A stretch of DNA of 64,000 nucleotides, from the NCBI GenBank assembly GCA_026026165.1, contig JAPEUD010000033.1:124001-188000 (forward strand), read 5' to 3'. Shown here in pieces: positions 26,901-37,650 of this stretch. Below the pieces are notes generated by a model. It was not told the origin of the DNA and did no database searches. It worked only from the letters and a program-made list of their open reading frames with translations. Numbering within the stretch: position 1 is the first letter of the stretch; each line of letters opens with the position of its first letter. The stretch is from Sarea resinae. Taxonomy: Eukaryota. The position numbers and the translations under genes are program-made.

Positions 26901-28800
26901 ACTGCTTCTGAACGATGGGTCGCTGATCATATAGCAGATTGATCTCCGCAACGGCGAGAAGAGCATTTGTAAGAATGGCGAAGAAGAGCACGGAGCCCTT
27001 TGCAAAGAATCCACTTGTCGTTTGCGGCGTGTCATAATAGATGGAGCCGATAATCAGCGCCAGGAAGATTGGACCAAGGATAGACGAGATGGTAAACGCT
27101 TGATCATTCCACAGCCGCTGGTAAGCTCGAATGGTACAGTACTTGACCTGCATGGGTATATTGATCAGGTGTGGTGACGCTGGTCGGACATGCGTGGCTT
27201 GACTAGCGACTTTGGACGCCTGGAATTCTCGAAGGACCTGCCCACCACCGACGGGGTACTTGCATTCATGGTCGTAGATCTTCCTTTTCAGGTCGGCCTG
27301 CTCGTAGGACCCGAGCCAACGTTGTTCGAATTCATCGGGCGTTCTGGGAACCCGGTCCTCATAGCCCTTCCGTGGCCGACGCTCGGCAGGATTCGTCACC
27401 GAAGTCAGGAAATCGCCCGTGGTTTGTCGAGGAGGGCAATACCAGCCCATGTCCTCGAAATAGCGCTTGGCAACCTTCGCGGGTCCGAAATAGATCTGTC
27501 TGCCTTCATAGAGCACGAGAGCCTTATCGAAGATATCATAGATGGTCTGGGAAGCTTGATATACGGAGAGTGCATGACAGGTCCCGAAGAGATCAGCGTC
27601 CATCCTCAACGCCCGGGCAAATTCCAATGCAGTAGCAGCATCAAGGCCCCGGGTACTATTGTCCCAACACGCAATCGGCGAACCAGATAATGCCATCTCG
27701 GCGAGGCTGACGCGCTTTCGTTCCCCGCCAGAGCAACCTCGGATATAGTCGTTTCCTACTTTCGTGTTTCTGGTTTGGCTGATCCCAAATAGTGCCATCA
27801 TCACCTCGGCCATATGCGCCGCATACTCCTTACGCGACATGCCGCCTGGGCGATGACAAGGAGTACGGACTGCGGCGGCAAATGTGAGTGTCTCGAGGAC
27901 GGTAAGGTGGGGAAAGTGATAATCCACTTCTTGGTTGTACGTGACCTGACGGAACATTAGCATGGCAGGCTGTGTGGGACGCTCGAGTGCAATACCTCGC
28001 CCTTGAACTCTTTGAGCATTTGTGGGTACGATATGCCTGCATTACAGTCAGTAGCAATTACGAGTGTCCGCTCATCCATTATGCTTGCCATTGTAATGGA
28101 TCTCCGAATCTTTGGAAACCTCCAGTCCACGCAATTCCCCGCAGATAGTCTTCAGAAATGTCGAACATCCACTCCCCGGTCTTCCGAGAACTACCAGCAG
28201 TTCGCCGCTCTGCGCGAAGCCTTCAAAATTTTTGAGGATCGTTTTCTGAGGCCGGTTCTTGAAATTGAACTGTTCATGCCACCGGAATGGCGCCGTAAGG
28301 ACGGAGAGCACATCATCCTGAAGATGGAGACCAGACTTCGAACCGCACACGCGAAGATCCTTGAAGACAAAGCCAGCTCGACCATTCTTGACGCCAGTCT
28401 CGTCGATCGCCCATCTCAGTTTCCGCGCCCACCTGTAGAAGTCAAATCCCGGGCTCTTGGGATTCAGGACGGGATCGCCAAACTCGATGCCGGCTATGGA
28501 GTCCTTCCTGGTAGGTCCATCCAACTGCGCGGAGGCGACCGAGAGTTGCCGATTCACGTTTGAGGCAATCTTGGCGAGCTTGGTCTGGCTGACGGTTTTG
28601 GGGGCCTTGTGTTTGTGCGAGTGCGCCTCGTGCGCCTCGGGATCTCCGAATGAGTCCGATGTGTTGCTTGAAGATGTGGAATACTTTGGCTGAATGCTAT
28701 CGTCGGGAAGCGTGAAGGATACCCGGGGGCTCTCAGCTCCTTTCCGCGTAACGACGAGTTCTGCTCTTTTCTCTGATACGGTCTTCTCATCCGGGTCCAT
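23910..28800 (-). CDS. Full-size PDR/ABCG multidrug ABC transporter (NBD-TMD)2
   Basis: Multi-exon; NBD1 [38 protein letters not shown]2 GVSGA(GKTT), [28 protein letters not shown] motif; C-terminal TMD ending at 23910. Confidence 0.95.
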
Positions 28801-29394
28801 ATTTCAGACAGTCGGCCGAGCAAAGCGAGCAAAAGGGTCAGTGACACAGAATAGAACCTCAAGAAGAGCAAAGAAAAGCGATAGAGGACGAAGCAAGGAC
28901 ACCGGTAATGGGCTGCATTTCTTATTATACACAACGCGCATTGACGCCAGTCACTGCTGCAATTCCTGAAAGACTCGTTCGTCATTCGGTCCCTTTAGAC
29001 CGAATCCTAATCAAGCGACGACGCGAAAAAGCAGAGAGGAGGAAATCATCACAAGCAAGAGCGACTCGAGCGCATCTCTCGACTGAGCGAGATCCGTGCA
29101 CATTGGTCATGTTGATAATCCGTAACCCTTTATCTGGGATGCGGTGCATGCTTGCATGGCATGGGGACGGGCTTGCACTCGTACTATCATCTTAGAGCCT
29201 TCACTCTCTGAAAGAGATCTGAAAGAGAGTATGGACAGCGTTCGTAAACGTGGTGCTAGAGAAGGGTGCGGGCCTGATAGTCACGAAAAATGCAACTGTC
29301 TCGTGCTGGTTCATCCTAAAGTGGGGTTGAGGGGTTGATGTTGATGATGGCTACGGCGGCCTTTACGTACCATGTATGCAAGACGCCCGATAGA

Positions 29395-29437
29395 TGATCA
29401 TATCAGATCATATCAGATCAGATCATATCAGATCATA
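29395..29437. repeat. (ATCAG/ATCAT)n pentanucleotide repeat in ABC/PhyH divergent region
   Basis: atcatatcagatcatatcagatcagatcatatcagatcata. Confidence 0.8.
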
Positions 29438-29578
29438 TCGATCTGAGTTCGATCTGTGGTTTACTATCGGAATGCGGGACGATCTTATCGATGGAACAGC
29501 GGGGGATCCAACCCTACCTTATTCACCATCATCATCACCAGTACCGTTCTGTTGTTTTATTACCGGTCAACCCTTCCA

Positions 29579-30611
29579 ATGGCGCCCTCACGTATCTCAC
29601 CTCCACCATCCGAGAGCCCGGCGCCCTCAGGCCTGTCCCCCGAACAGCTCGCTTTTTACAAAGAAAATGGCTATCTCCTCATCCCGGACGCCCTTGACCC
29701 CGCAACTGTCGCATCCCTTCTCGGCGAAGCCAACAACATGCTGACTGACTTCTCCCTGGACGACCACCCAATGACACGGTTCTCAACCGGCGAAGGAGGC
29801 AGCAAGCACGTTGGAGACGACTATTTCCTCAACAGCGGTGACAAGATCCGATTCTTTTTCGAAGAGGGTAAATGATTCCCCTCAGTCTCGTCCGCTTCTC
29901 AAAAAATAAAGCTCGAGCCGTCTAACGCCGTATGTAGGGGCCTTCGACTCGACCGGAAAACTAATCAAGCCGAAACACCGTGCCATCAACAAAATAGGCC
30001 ACTATCTGCATGCCCTCTCCCCGGCCTACCACCAAGCCAGCATCTCCCCCGCCAACGCCGCCATCGCGCGTTCTATCGGCTTCAAAGACCCCCGTGTCCT
30101 CCAAAGCATGGTCATCTGCAAACAGCCCGAGATTGGCGGCCGCGTCGGCCCGCACCAAGACAGCGTGTTCCTCTACACGGACCCGCCCAGCGCCGTGGGG
30201 TTCTGGTATGCGCTCGAGGACGCGACGATCACGAACGGATGTCTCAGCTTCGCCCAGGGCACGCACCTGCGGAGTCCGGTGAAGAAGCGATTCGTGCGGA
30301 TGCCCGGGGGGCAAGGAACGGGCTTCGACGAGGTGCATGGGGCGCGGTTCCCCAAGGGCCAACAGCTGCCCCCGGACGGGGCCGACCCGGACGAGGACGC
30401 GGAAGAATATACCATCGGCGAGGTCAAGGCGGGTACCTTGGTGCTGATCCATGGCAACTTGCTGCATAAGAGCGAGAAGAATCTGAGCGGCAAGAGCAGG
30501 TTCATCTATACGTTTCATGTCATCGAAGGGGAGAATGAGTACGATGAGCGCAATTGGCTACAGCCGCCTCGGCAAGGATTCACGAAGCTGTACCAGGATG
30601 CAGACTCTTGA
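29579..30611 (+). CDS. Phytanoyl-CoA dioxygenase family (PhyH/PHYHD1-like) 2OG-Fe(II) oxygenase
   Basis: Exon 1 29579-29867 (LSPEQLAFYKENGYL..YFLNSGDKIRFFFEE), intron 29868-29937, exon 2 INKIGHYLH..QSMVICKQPEIGGRVGPHQD..ALEDATITNGCL..IHGNLLHKS..SR. Confidence 0.93.
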
Positions 30612-31834
30612 GTATGAATGTGGTTCTGTTAGATATACCATTTATGAGAAGTCATAGACTTGAGCCCCTGTCCGTTTATCGTGGCTTTTCCCTTTTCTTT
30701 CACACATGAAAAGCCCTTCCCACAGCTACGAACACGCAATCTAATCTTGCATCCCAGCAATGTACCATCCTCTCCACGCCTCACGACAACGCCAGGACCA
30801 AAATCTCAATCCCACCCTTTCTATCTCCCCGATGCGAGAAACCTACAAGCTACAATCGCCCCCTTCTCTAAATATCTGCATACTACTGTAGCTAGTGTCC
30901 CATCAGCCGAAGCCACTCGCACCATTTCCCCTTATCGTAACAACAGACCCGTAGAACAAAGGTCTCTCTCTCTTTCTTAAGTTAAGTCGTGCAAGCTCTG
31001 TAGAGCTTTGTAGAGCTAGGGGTGTGAGCTATACTAGCCTACTTATCACAGGTTTCTATTATCCTACTAGGTATAGAAGGTTTTAAAACAGATAGTAGTT
31101 TATAGAGTCTTACTACTAGCTAGGTAGCTAAAACGTAATCAAGGCAGTGTTTAGGAGAAATGTTATAGAGATAACTCTTAACTCTAAGAGCGTTACTAGG
31201 GTCCTTGATTTAGCTCTATTAGATTAGCCTACTACTACTACTTTTATACTTTATATAGTCTTAGATTTCTCTCTAGAGACCTTGTGTGACAGCGTAGAAT
31301 TACTCTGATTGCAGCGCTACTAAGCCCCTTTACAGAACTTTTTTAAAAAATGGTTAAAGCGGGCGCATTGTAGATTGTATGATCACCCTAAGCATGGTCT
31401 ACCATCCCGGACAAGGACGACATCGACCTTCGCGGCGTGTATGCTAAAGCCGTTCCTGATCGCGATTCCAAAGGCTTTGCCTGGAATCCTCTTTGATACG
31501 CTTGCCGACTTCTCTAGATAGCCAAGGTTGCAATGTCAGTCACTAGCATCATATCGCCAGAGGCAAATAGAAATCCACCGTGCTTCAATCTCGTCATCAA
31601 TACAATCAGTGGATGCTTCTCCTGAGCCCTGCAGCACCAAGAATGCCTTTCCCCGCAGAAGCACAACTCTACCTATACGGCCAGGCTCTGAATGACTAGA
31701 AACTGAAAAGGCGTTTCTATTGACTTACTACTCTCATGTCCACAAATATAGCCGGCCCCATGGACCATATCAGCGAGATTTTATCCAGAGATTGACCGAT
31801 AACCAGATTATCACCAGCTACAAGAAGGGAAAGT

Positions 31835-32032
31835 TGCAGTGCGGCACTCCTTTCCGAGGAGCACGCAACGCGCGTATTTTCTGCCGAGTGATGCGTCTCC
31901 ATACCACCGGACGCACGGCTGGTCATCGTCGAGCGAAAACGCTTGTCCCAGGCATTTGGCGCATCACGGTATTGGTTCTGTTTCATGACTGCGGATTGAC
32001 AGAGCATTTTGACGAGGAGCAGTAGGAGGCAT
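31835..32032 (-). pseudogene. Degenerate Cys6-type zinc-cluster-like small protein fragment
   Basis: MPPTAPRQ...IP*CAKCLGQAFSLDDDQPCVRWYGDASLGRK(Y)ARCVLLGKEC; one stop and a putative TGC->TAC change. Confidence 0.5.
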
Positions 32033-32589
32033 CTTTTTGAAAGACGATTAATCTTGGATCTAGATAGGTTGAAAGCTTTAATTCGGGCTTTCCCAGATCA
32101 TGATCTCGCCACTTGATTGTCTTGTCTGTGACATCGGCTGCCGGCTGCGGTGCAAGTTCTTCGAGCATTTTGGTCAAGGGCCGGGGATGGCGATGAGCAA
32201 TGGGTGATGCTTGGTTGTGGCCGACTATGAGCTGGGAGTTGACTGACGGTCGCCCGGCGTTGTTCTGGCAGTTCTTGGGCCTAGGCTTGCTAGGATGGAT
32301 CGAGAGATTTCCTTAAGTAAGGGGTTAGGGGTCCGTTTTTGTTGTCTTTCTTATCTACGCATAGCAACGGATACGGTTGGGTCCAGTTCCGTTTGCGCTT
32401 TCGTGACGCCGTAGGTTGTTCGGGACATAGCTAGTGGAACTCCTTGATTAGGCCAGCCGCATTACTGAGATTTGCCAGGGGTTCCTATAAAAACTCATCT
32501 TGAAAGTAGCCCTTCCAGATAACCTTGTATTTCATCTATCCAAGGCCGTTCTTGCGGCTATCCAGGGCCAGGGGCAACAGGGCCAGGGT

Positions 32590-33050
32590 GGCGGGGGTAC
32601 AGAGGAGGCACTCGCGGCAAGGTCCACCTGGGCCATAGCATGGGCAATAAATCCTGTTTATAAATTAGTGTCAAAGTACTTTGAAAGCAATCTCCTAGTT
32701 ATTACTCACTCGCAGACGCGTCTTTCGCGGCACGGCTTGGCTTCCCAGTTCCCATGTCCTTTACCTTGGTGTTCTTATGAAGGCGAACATGTGAACGCAA
32801 GTTGACAGTCGAGGAGAATTTTCGCTAGAAGATATTAGCAAAGTTAAGGAATTAATTGGAAAGTAATCTGATAGTGCTTTCAAATCACTTTCGAAATACT
32901 TACATCATCACTGCACATTGTCGGGCTCCTAGGATCCCCGATGTCCATTCTATAGAACTTGTCATTCGGGAACACGATGATCTCATTAGTTGCAGCCTGT
33001 TAATAAGATCAGCTAGAAGTAATTTCTAAGCACTTCGAGACTACTTACCT
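32590..33050 (-). pseudogene. Degenerate multi-intron C2H2 zinc-finger gene fragment
   Basis: ..PTMCSDD[intron]..RKFSSTVNLRSHVRLHKNT..GKPSRAAKD[intron]; GTAAGT/GTGAGT donors and CTAAC-like branch points. Confidence 0.55.
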
Positions 33051-33869
33051 CCTTAATAAGAAAAAGAAGCCTTAAGAGGCGCTTTAGAAAAGAATTATAT
33101 GAGGCAAGAGATGTAGGTCTAGTAAAGAGGCAAACCTGTTCCTACGTGAGCCATCTAAAAAGACTACTATAACCCGGCTCGTCTGGATTATGCCTATTTG
33201 TCTACTATATAGCGTAGCGCTCCTCACAGGAAATTTCTAGTTAGAGTCAGCCTTTTTTTAATCTGCTAATCTGCTCTACCACCTTTGAAATTCATTTCTA
33301 AGCATTTTTATTTGATAAATTCAATGACTTTAGCTTGAATCAGAATAGCATACTGCGTATCAAGGACGTTGATAGCTGCAGTAGTTCCTGTGCTCCCTAT
33401 CTCGTGAAGCGGGTTGTATTGTTGTCAACTGCCGCCATATTCCTAGCTCACTGGCGAGAGAAGCGGATCGAGTATGTCTGACTTCAGCTATAGTTGCTAT
33501 TGCTGCGCCACCGAGCAAGTCAAACGAATAGAAAAGCCCGTTCCTAGCCGTTGTTGATTTGACGTCTGCCTATAATGCCCTATTGTAGTGGTGATCTTGA
33601 TGCTCAATTTGTCAAAGAACGGCGTAAGAGAACACGTTCCCGACACTAGGAGCTGGAAGCTGGCAATGGGAGTGGGAGTGGGAGTGGGAGCTAGAGTCGG
33701 AGTGCAGCTGGGGAACTTGGGAACTTGACAATACTAGAGCTCCGCGGGAATTCTCAAGGTACCTAGATATAACGTGTTGTCAGTAGCGGTACGAAAGACC
33801 AAAGGTAGGTAAAGCGATATTTGATAGTGTTAAAACAGCGAAGACAAAGACGAAGATCGAGCCTGAATA

Positions 33870-34310
33870 GATAAGGTCGGATGCTTGAGTGGGCCAATAA
33901 AATTGCCTTTTGGCTCTCTCCGGTGTGATGGCCACCGCAAAGTGGCCATGGTCATCATTGTGTGCTTTAATATGTATTCGGTGTCCTCTGGGAAGATGCA
34001 TTTCGACAACTTTCCATCGTCTTTGGGTTCTGTGGAAATCTTTGGTGATACGCAATTACGATACGCAAATACGAGCACTTGCAAATGCCTGAGGATGAAG
34101 ATTCAGCTTTGTAAGCTCATCCAAAGCAACCGACCAAACACGTCCTTGTCAAGGCCATCGAATTTCTTCAGGTAGCGAATGTCTTCAGTCTTTACACGGA
34201 ACTGCCTCTCCTGGACATAGATTAGGTCAGACTGGAATAGGCTTGCGAGAAGTCGTCGCCGCGGCCAATCGTTTGCATACTGCCTCCTCTGTGCGGCCCT
34301 CGCTGGTACT
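33870..34310 (-). mobile_element. Ty3/gypsy pol fragment: RNase H C-terminus (weak) and integrase H2C2 zinc-binding domain
   Basis: Frameshifted frames give DGKLSKCIFPEDTEYILKH / HNDDHGHFAVAITPERAKRQFYWPTQ; upstream EY..PHRGG..TIGRGDDFS resembles the HR.G...ADG.SR RNaseH end. Confidence 0.75.
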
Positions 34311-34899
34311 CTTCTCGACTCTGTTTTGTTCTGTTTGCTTTAATGCATCTCGCAAAAAAGACTCCGCGGACACACACGTAATTCTGTAGTGTGGGGGAGT
34401 GATTGCTTTTCGACAAGTTTCATAACAGAGGTATAGTCTTCCTGAGAATATCTGCTGTCCTGCACTACTTCGCGTAGACCCTTCCGGTCATTATGTGCGT
34501 ACTCAAGGTCGGTCTCCCGGTAAGCAAATCTCTTTGCTATAAAGTCCGATGCGAACGAGCGTGTTCGTAATTGAGTGACGCGACTATCGCGGCCCGAGCA
34601 CTGACGCTTCGATCTCGAATGTGACAGAGATGTAATTACCTGACCTTTGCCATGATATTGTTGGTTGCTAGTGAGAACTCGGCTTTATCTCTGTGTTCTA
34701 AATAAATAGGGCAGTGGTGAATCTATGATTTAGAGAACCGTTTGTAGTACTTAGTGACCCACGTCTAGGTTAGGTGGCTAGGACATATGATCATGTTCAC
34801 GCCTGTCAGTACTTGTATACCCCTCGTCGTACTTTCATTGTAGCATAGACACTCAATATTGTATGGATTTCCTGCTAGACATTCTGGCCTAGTCGGATG

Positions 34900-35130
34900 T
34901 GCTACTAAACGCAACATTTTGTCAGCCGGTCGACTAAATTGTCTACTAGGTGCTAGATTAGGTAGTCACATACTTTTAGGCAGATGTGCTCCTAGCAAAA
35001 ATCTTCCCACAATACTCTATAGTAGGGCACTACCGATCCTATATCAAAATATCCTGTATCAAGTTGGGTTCCAATGCTATTCTTGTCAAGGTCTAAGTCA
35101 TCAAAGTCAGAGACATAGTCCTAGAGAGTC
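34900..35130 (-). pseudogene. Second degenerate C2H2 zinc-finger fragment
   Basis: CPTIEYCGKIFARSTSA*K[GTATGT intron]*HIRL; stops at TAA/TAG positions consistent with CAA/CAG mutation. Confidence 0.45.
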
Positions 35131-35839
35131 TCATTTCAACCTACAAAGTATTAGCTAGAAACCGAAACCCCCGCTGGAATCAGAAAGCAAGTATGTGTGT
35201 CCAGCATCGAAGAGCTGTGATTGAAGAGCCCGGCCGTTGGAACAGCAGTGAGGCCGCGGCGAGAGGGGAGTCGGTGACACAAGATTCAAATGTGATGTCT
35301 ATCCCGATTAGTTTGTGGGAATATTTAGAAGCGTATTGTCGCTCAAGCTTTTTTATATTGACTTGCTCTAGAAACTCTTTCTATTCTTTGATACCCTAAT
35401 CAATCTAAGATATATTAGTAAACTATATCTATATTAAGTCCTACAAAAACTCAAACTTACCTTAGAGGTACTTATTAAGCAAAGAAAATGTTTAGAGGTT
35501 TTGTCTAGCTATTTACCCCTAAGTGGTAAGATCTGACCAACCACTGCCTTGCGACCAATACGATTAGGCGTAGATAATGTCAAAAGATAAGGTCGTAGAC
35601 ATCTTGTGCAGATAGCAGATTCTTGAGAGCTAGCTTTTAGGATCATCTTACTCTGTACTGCCATGATCCTACATCTTGTGCTCTATAAGGGAAGTACTCT
35701 CACAGGGAGGCTGCTAGTCTTTTCAGTGTGTCCGTGAAAATCATCGTCGTGAGATCTATCTTCAAGGTTTGTCGTTGAGGTCATCGCTCAATTGTGGGTT
35801 GAAGCTGAGCAGCAGGCAATTCGAAACGTCAGGGGACTC

Positions 35840-36640
35840 GATGAAGGGAGACCGACAACCTCTAGCTGACTCCCTAGAACAGTTGCCGAAAATTATATCG
35901 AAGTCACCATGGGAGAAGACCATAATAAGCTCACGCTCGTTGGAAAGGACAGCTTGACCCGCAGCTGTGCTGAAATACTCGAGGAATGCATCTTGCAGTC
36001 GAGTCATTTCGCGTGACGATGAGGTCCTCTCGGGCGAAAGGTAGTATAGGCCGATCAAGTCCTACCTTTCGGTCTTCGAATGGATCTCCATGGACATATC
36101 CATCTGGCCAAGAAGAACTCACCTACCTGGATCCATCAATATATTTAGTGAGCAGGATTTTTGAACCTCAAAAGTGAAAGCTCCCGAAACCACCAGATAT
36201 CATTGGGGATGCAGACTTCCAGTGGATGCAGGCAATGAGTAGGAGATGCCAAGATGATACCCTCGTCATCTTCGTCCCATAAATTCTTCGCATTTATCCG
36301 TTGACTGTGAACCCTAGAATTGACCGGGGGCGATCAATTGGAAGTCGGCATAGGCAAACGCTTTTCGGCGTGTTTTAGTAAGGCCATCCCACGCAGACAT
36401 AGTAGTCTCCAGCCATTCTTGTCAGGTGCTCCTCCGTTCTTCTATGTGACTGTACTTCCCAAAAGTTCCATGTAGTCGGCGTATAAAATCCATCCCGCGA
36501 TGCGGAGGATCTTTGTGGACTCTTGTAAGTCCGAATGGTATACATAGCCGTCTACTGCAGTGAAGAATGCCTAGACGGCTGATTCTTCTTGGTTTCGCAG
36601 AGGATCATCCGTTCATAGTCCCCCAATTTTTCTAGCACAT
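35840..36640 (-). pseudogene. Frameshifted remnant of an uncharacterised fungal protein, putative caspase/legumain-like fold
   Basis: Combined frames: GIILASPTH..PNDIWWF / GYVHGDPFEDRKVGLD / LQDAFLEYF..A..ERELIMVFSHGD (hydrophobic strand + HG dyad). Confidence 0.45.
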
Positions 36641-37289
36641 TCTGATTGTAGTTCGGTCAGTATTGGCTGCTTTTGACCTTATCTGCATTGCGCCTACAAT
36701 TGTAGCGGAGGCTATGAGATAAGTCAGAGCCGATCCCGGGGACTAACAGCGCTCTAATCCATACTTCCATACTAGAAAGGGTCTTGTCAAGGTAGGTCTG
36801 ATAATTCGTTGCTTAATTTCGTTGTTGTATCTCAGCCTACGGTAGCTAGACTGTGCGGGTAGAATGCAAATACTCTGCTGCGTCAAAGAAAACAGAAAAG
36901 GTTTCTTCTCCTAGTGAAAGAGCAAGGTCGTTATGTTGCGTATCATTCTGCTCTCTGCCTCTGTTGGACTTTATGATGACCGTTGATATCCTGTTCCAGT
37001 GATTTCCTGCAAGTATTAGAAGGAATTCAGATAAGCATTGTGCTGTTCTCCACGCAACAGGCGTAGGAGGAAGGAGATTGTCGTTCCTTCTTTGATAGAG
37101 CAGTGTCATGCTCTTCTCTTGGTATGGGAAGGTGAGATGGTCCGTGGCGCTAGTGACAGTAATATGTAGCGCTAATATATTAAAGGTCTAATGCCGGATT
37201 GCTGAATATTCACGAAGAAAGATGCAGATTTGTTATGTATGATGGCATCAACACCGTGAATGATTCTACATAAGAACACCGATCAGCCT

Positions 37290-37650
37290 TGATCACTGAG
37301 CTTTCTGACTATCTTCCGGGAAATTCACCATCGCAGTATACCTGTCTTCGTCTTGCGAAGTGCGTTGACCGGCCTCTTCGGGATTAGGATAGCCCAGTTC
37401 ACGCGCCTTCTAGATGTCAGCTTGCTTTTTGAGCAGCGTTCTGCGAGTCTGCTCATCGATCTCAGCTATGCTATGCCAGTCCTCGTTTGGTCTTCCCGTT
37501 CTAATATCGGGGAATGAACATCTTTATGACATTGATGTAGTATATTTCTAGTAGTTTATTGGTTGTTAGGTCACGGAGCCAGCATAAGCTGTTGATTTTG
37601 GTGACTCGATCGATCTGATACCGTCCTTGCCATTGTAGCTTTAAGTTCAT
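37290..37650 (-). mobile_element. Ty3/gypsy integrase C-terminal (GPY/F, SH3-like) fragment
   Basis: NLKLQWQGRYQIDRVTKINSLCWLRDLTTNKLLEIYYINVIKMFIPR fits the KL...W.GPY.I.......L.DL....L....H...LK.F.PR pattern. Confidence 0.7.

Noticed and set aside
23910..30611. Secondary-metabolite cluster (ABC transporter + dioxygenase)
   Set aside because: No backbone enzyme (PKS/NRPS/terpene synthase) nearby; the PhyH gene resembles the broadly conserved PHYHD1 type
32321..32331. GGGTTAGGG telomere-like word
   Set aside because: Single unit, not an array; expected by chance
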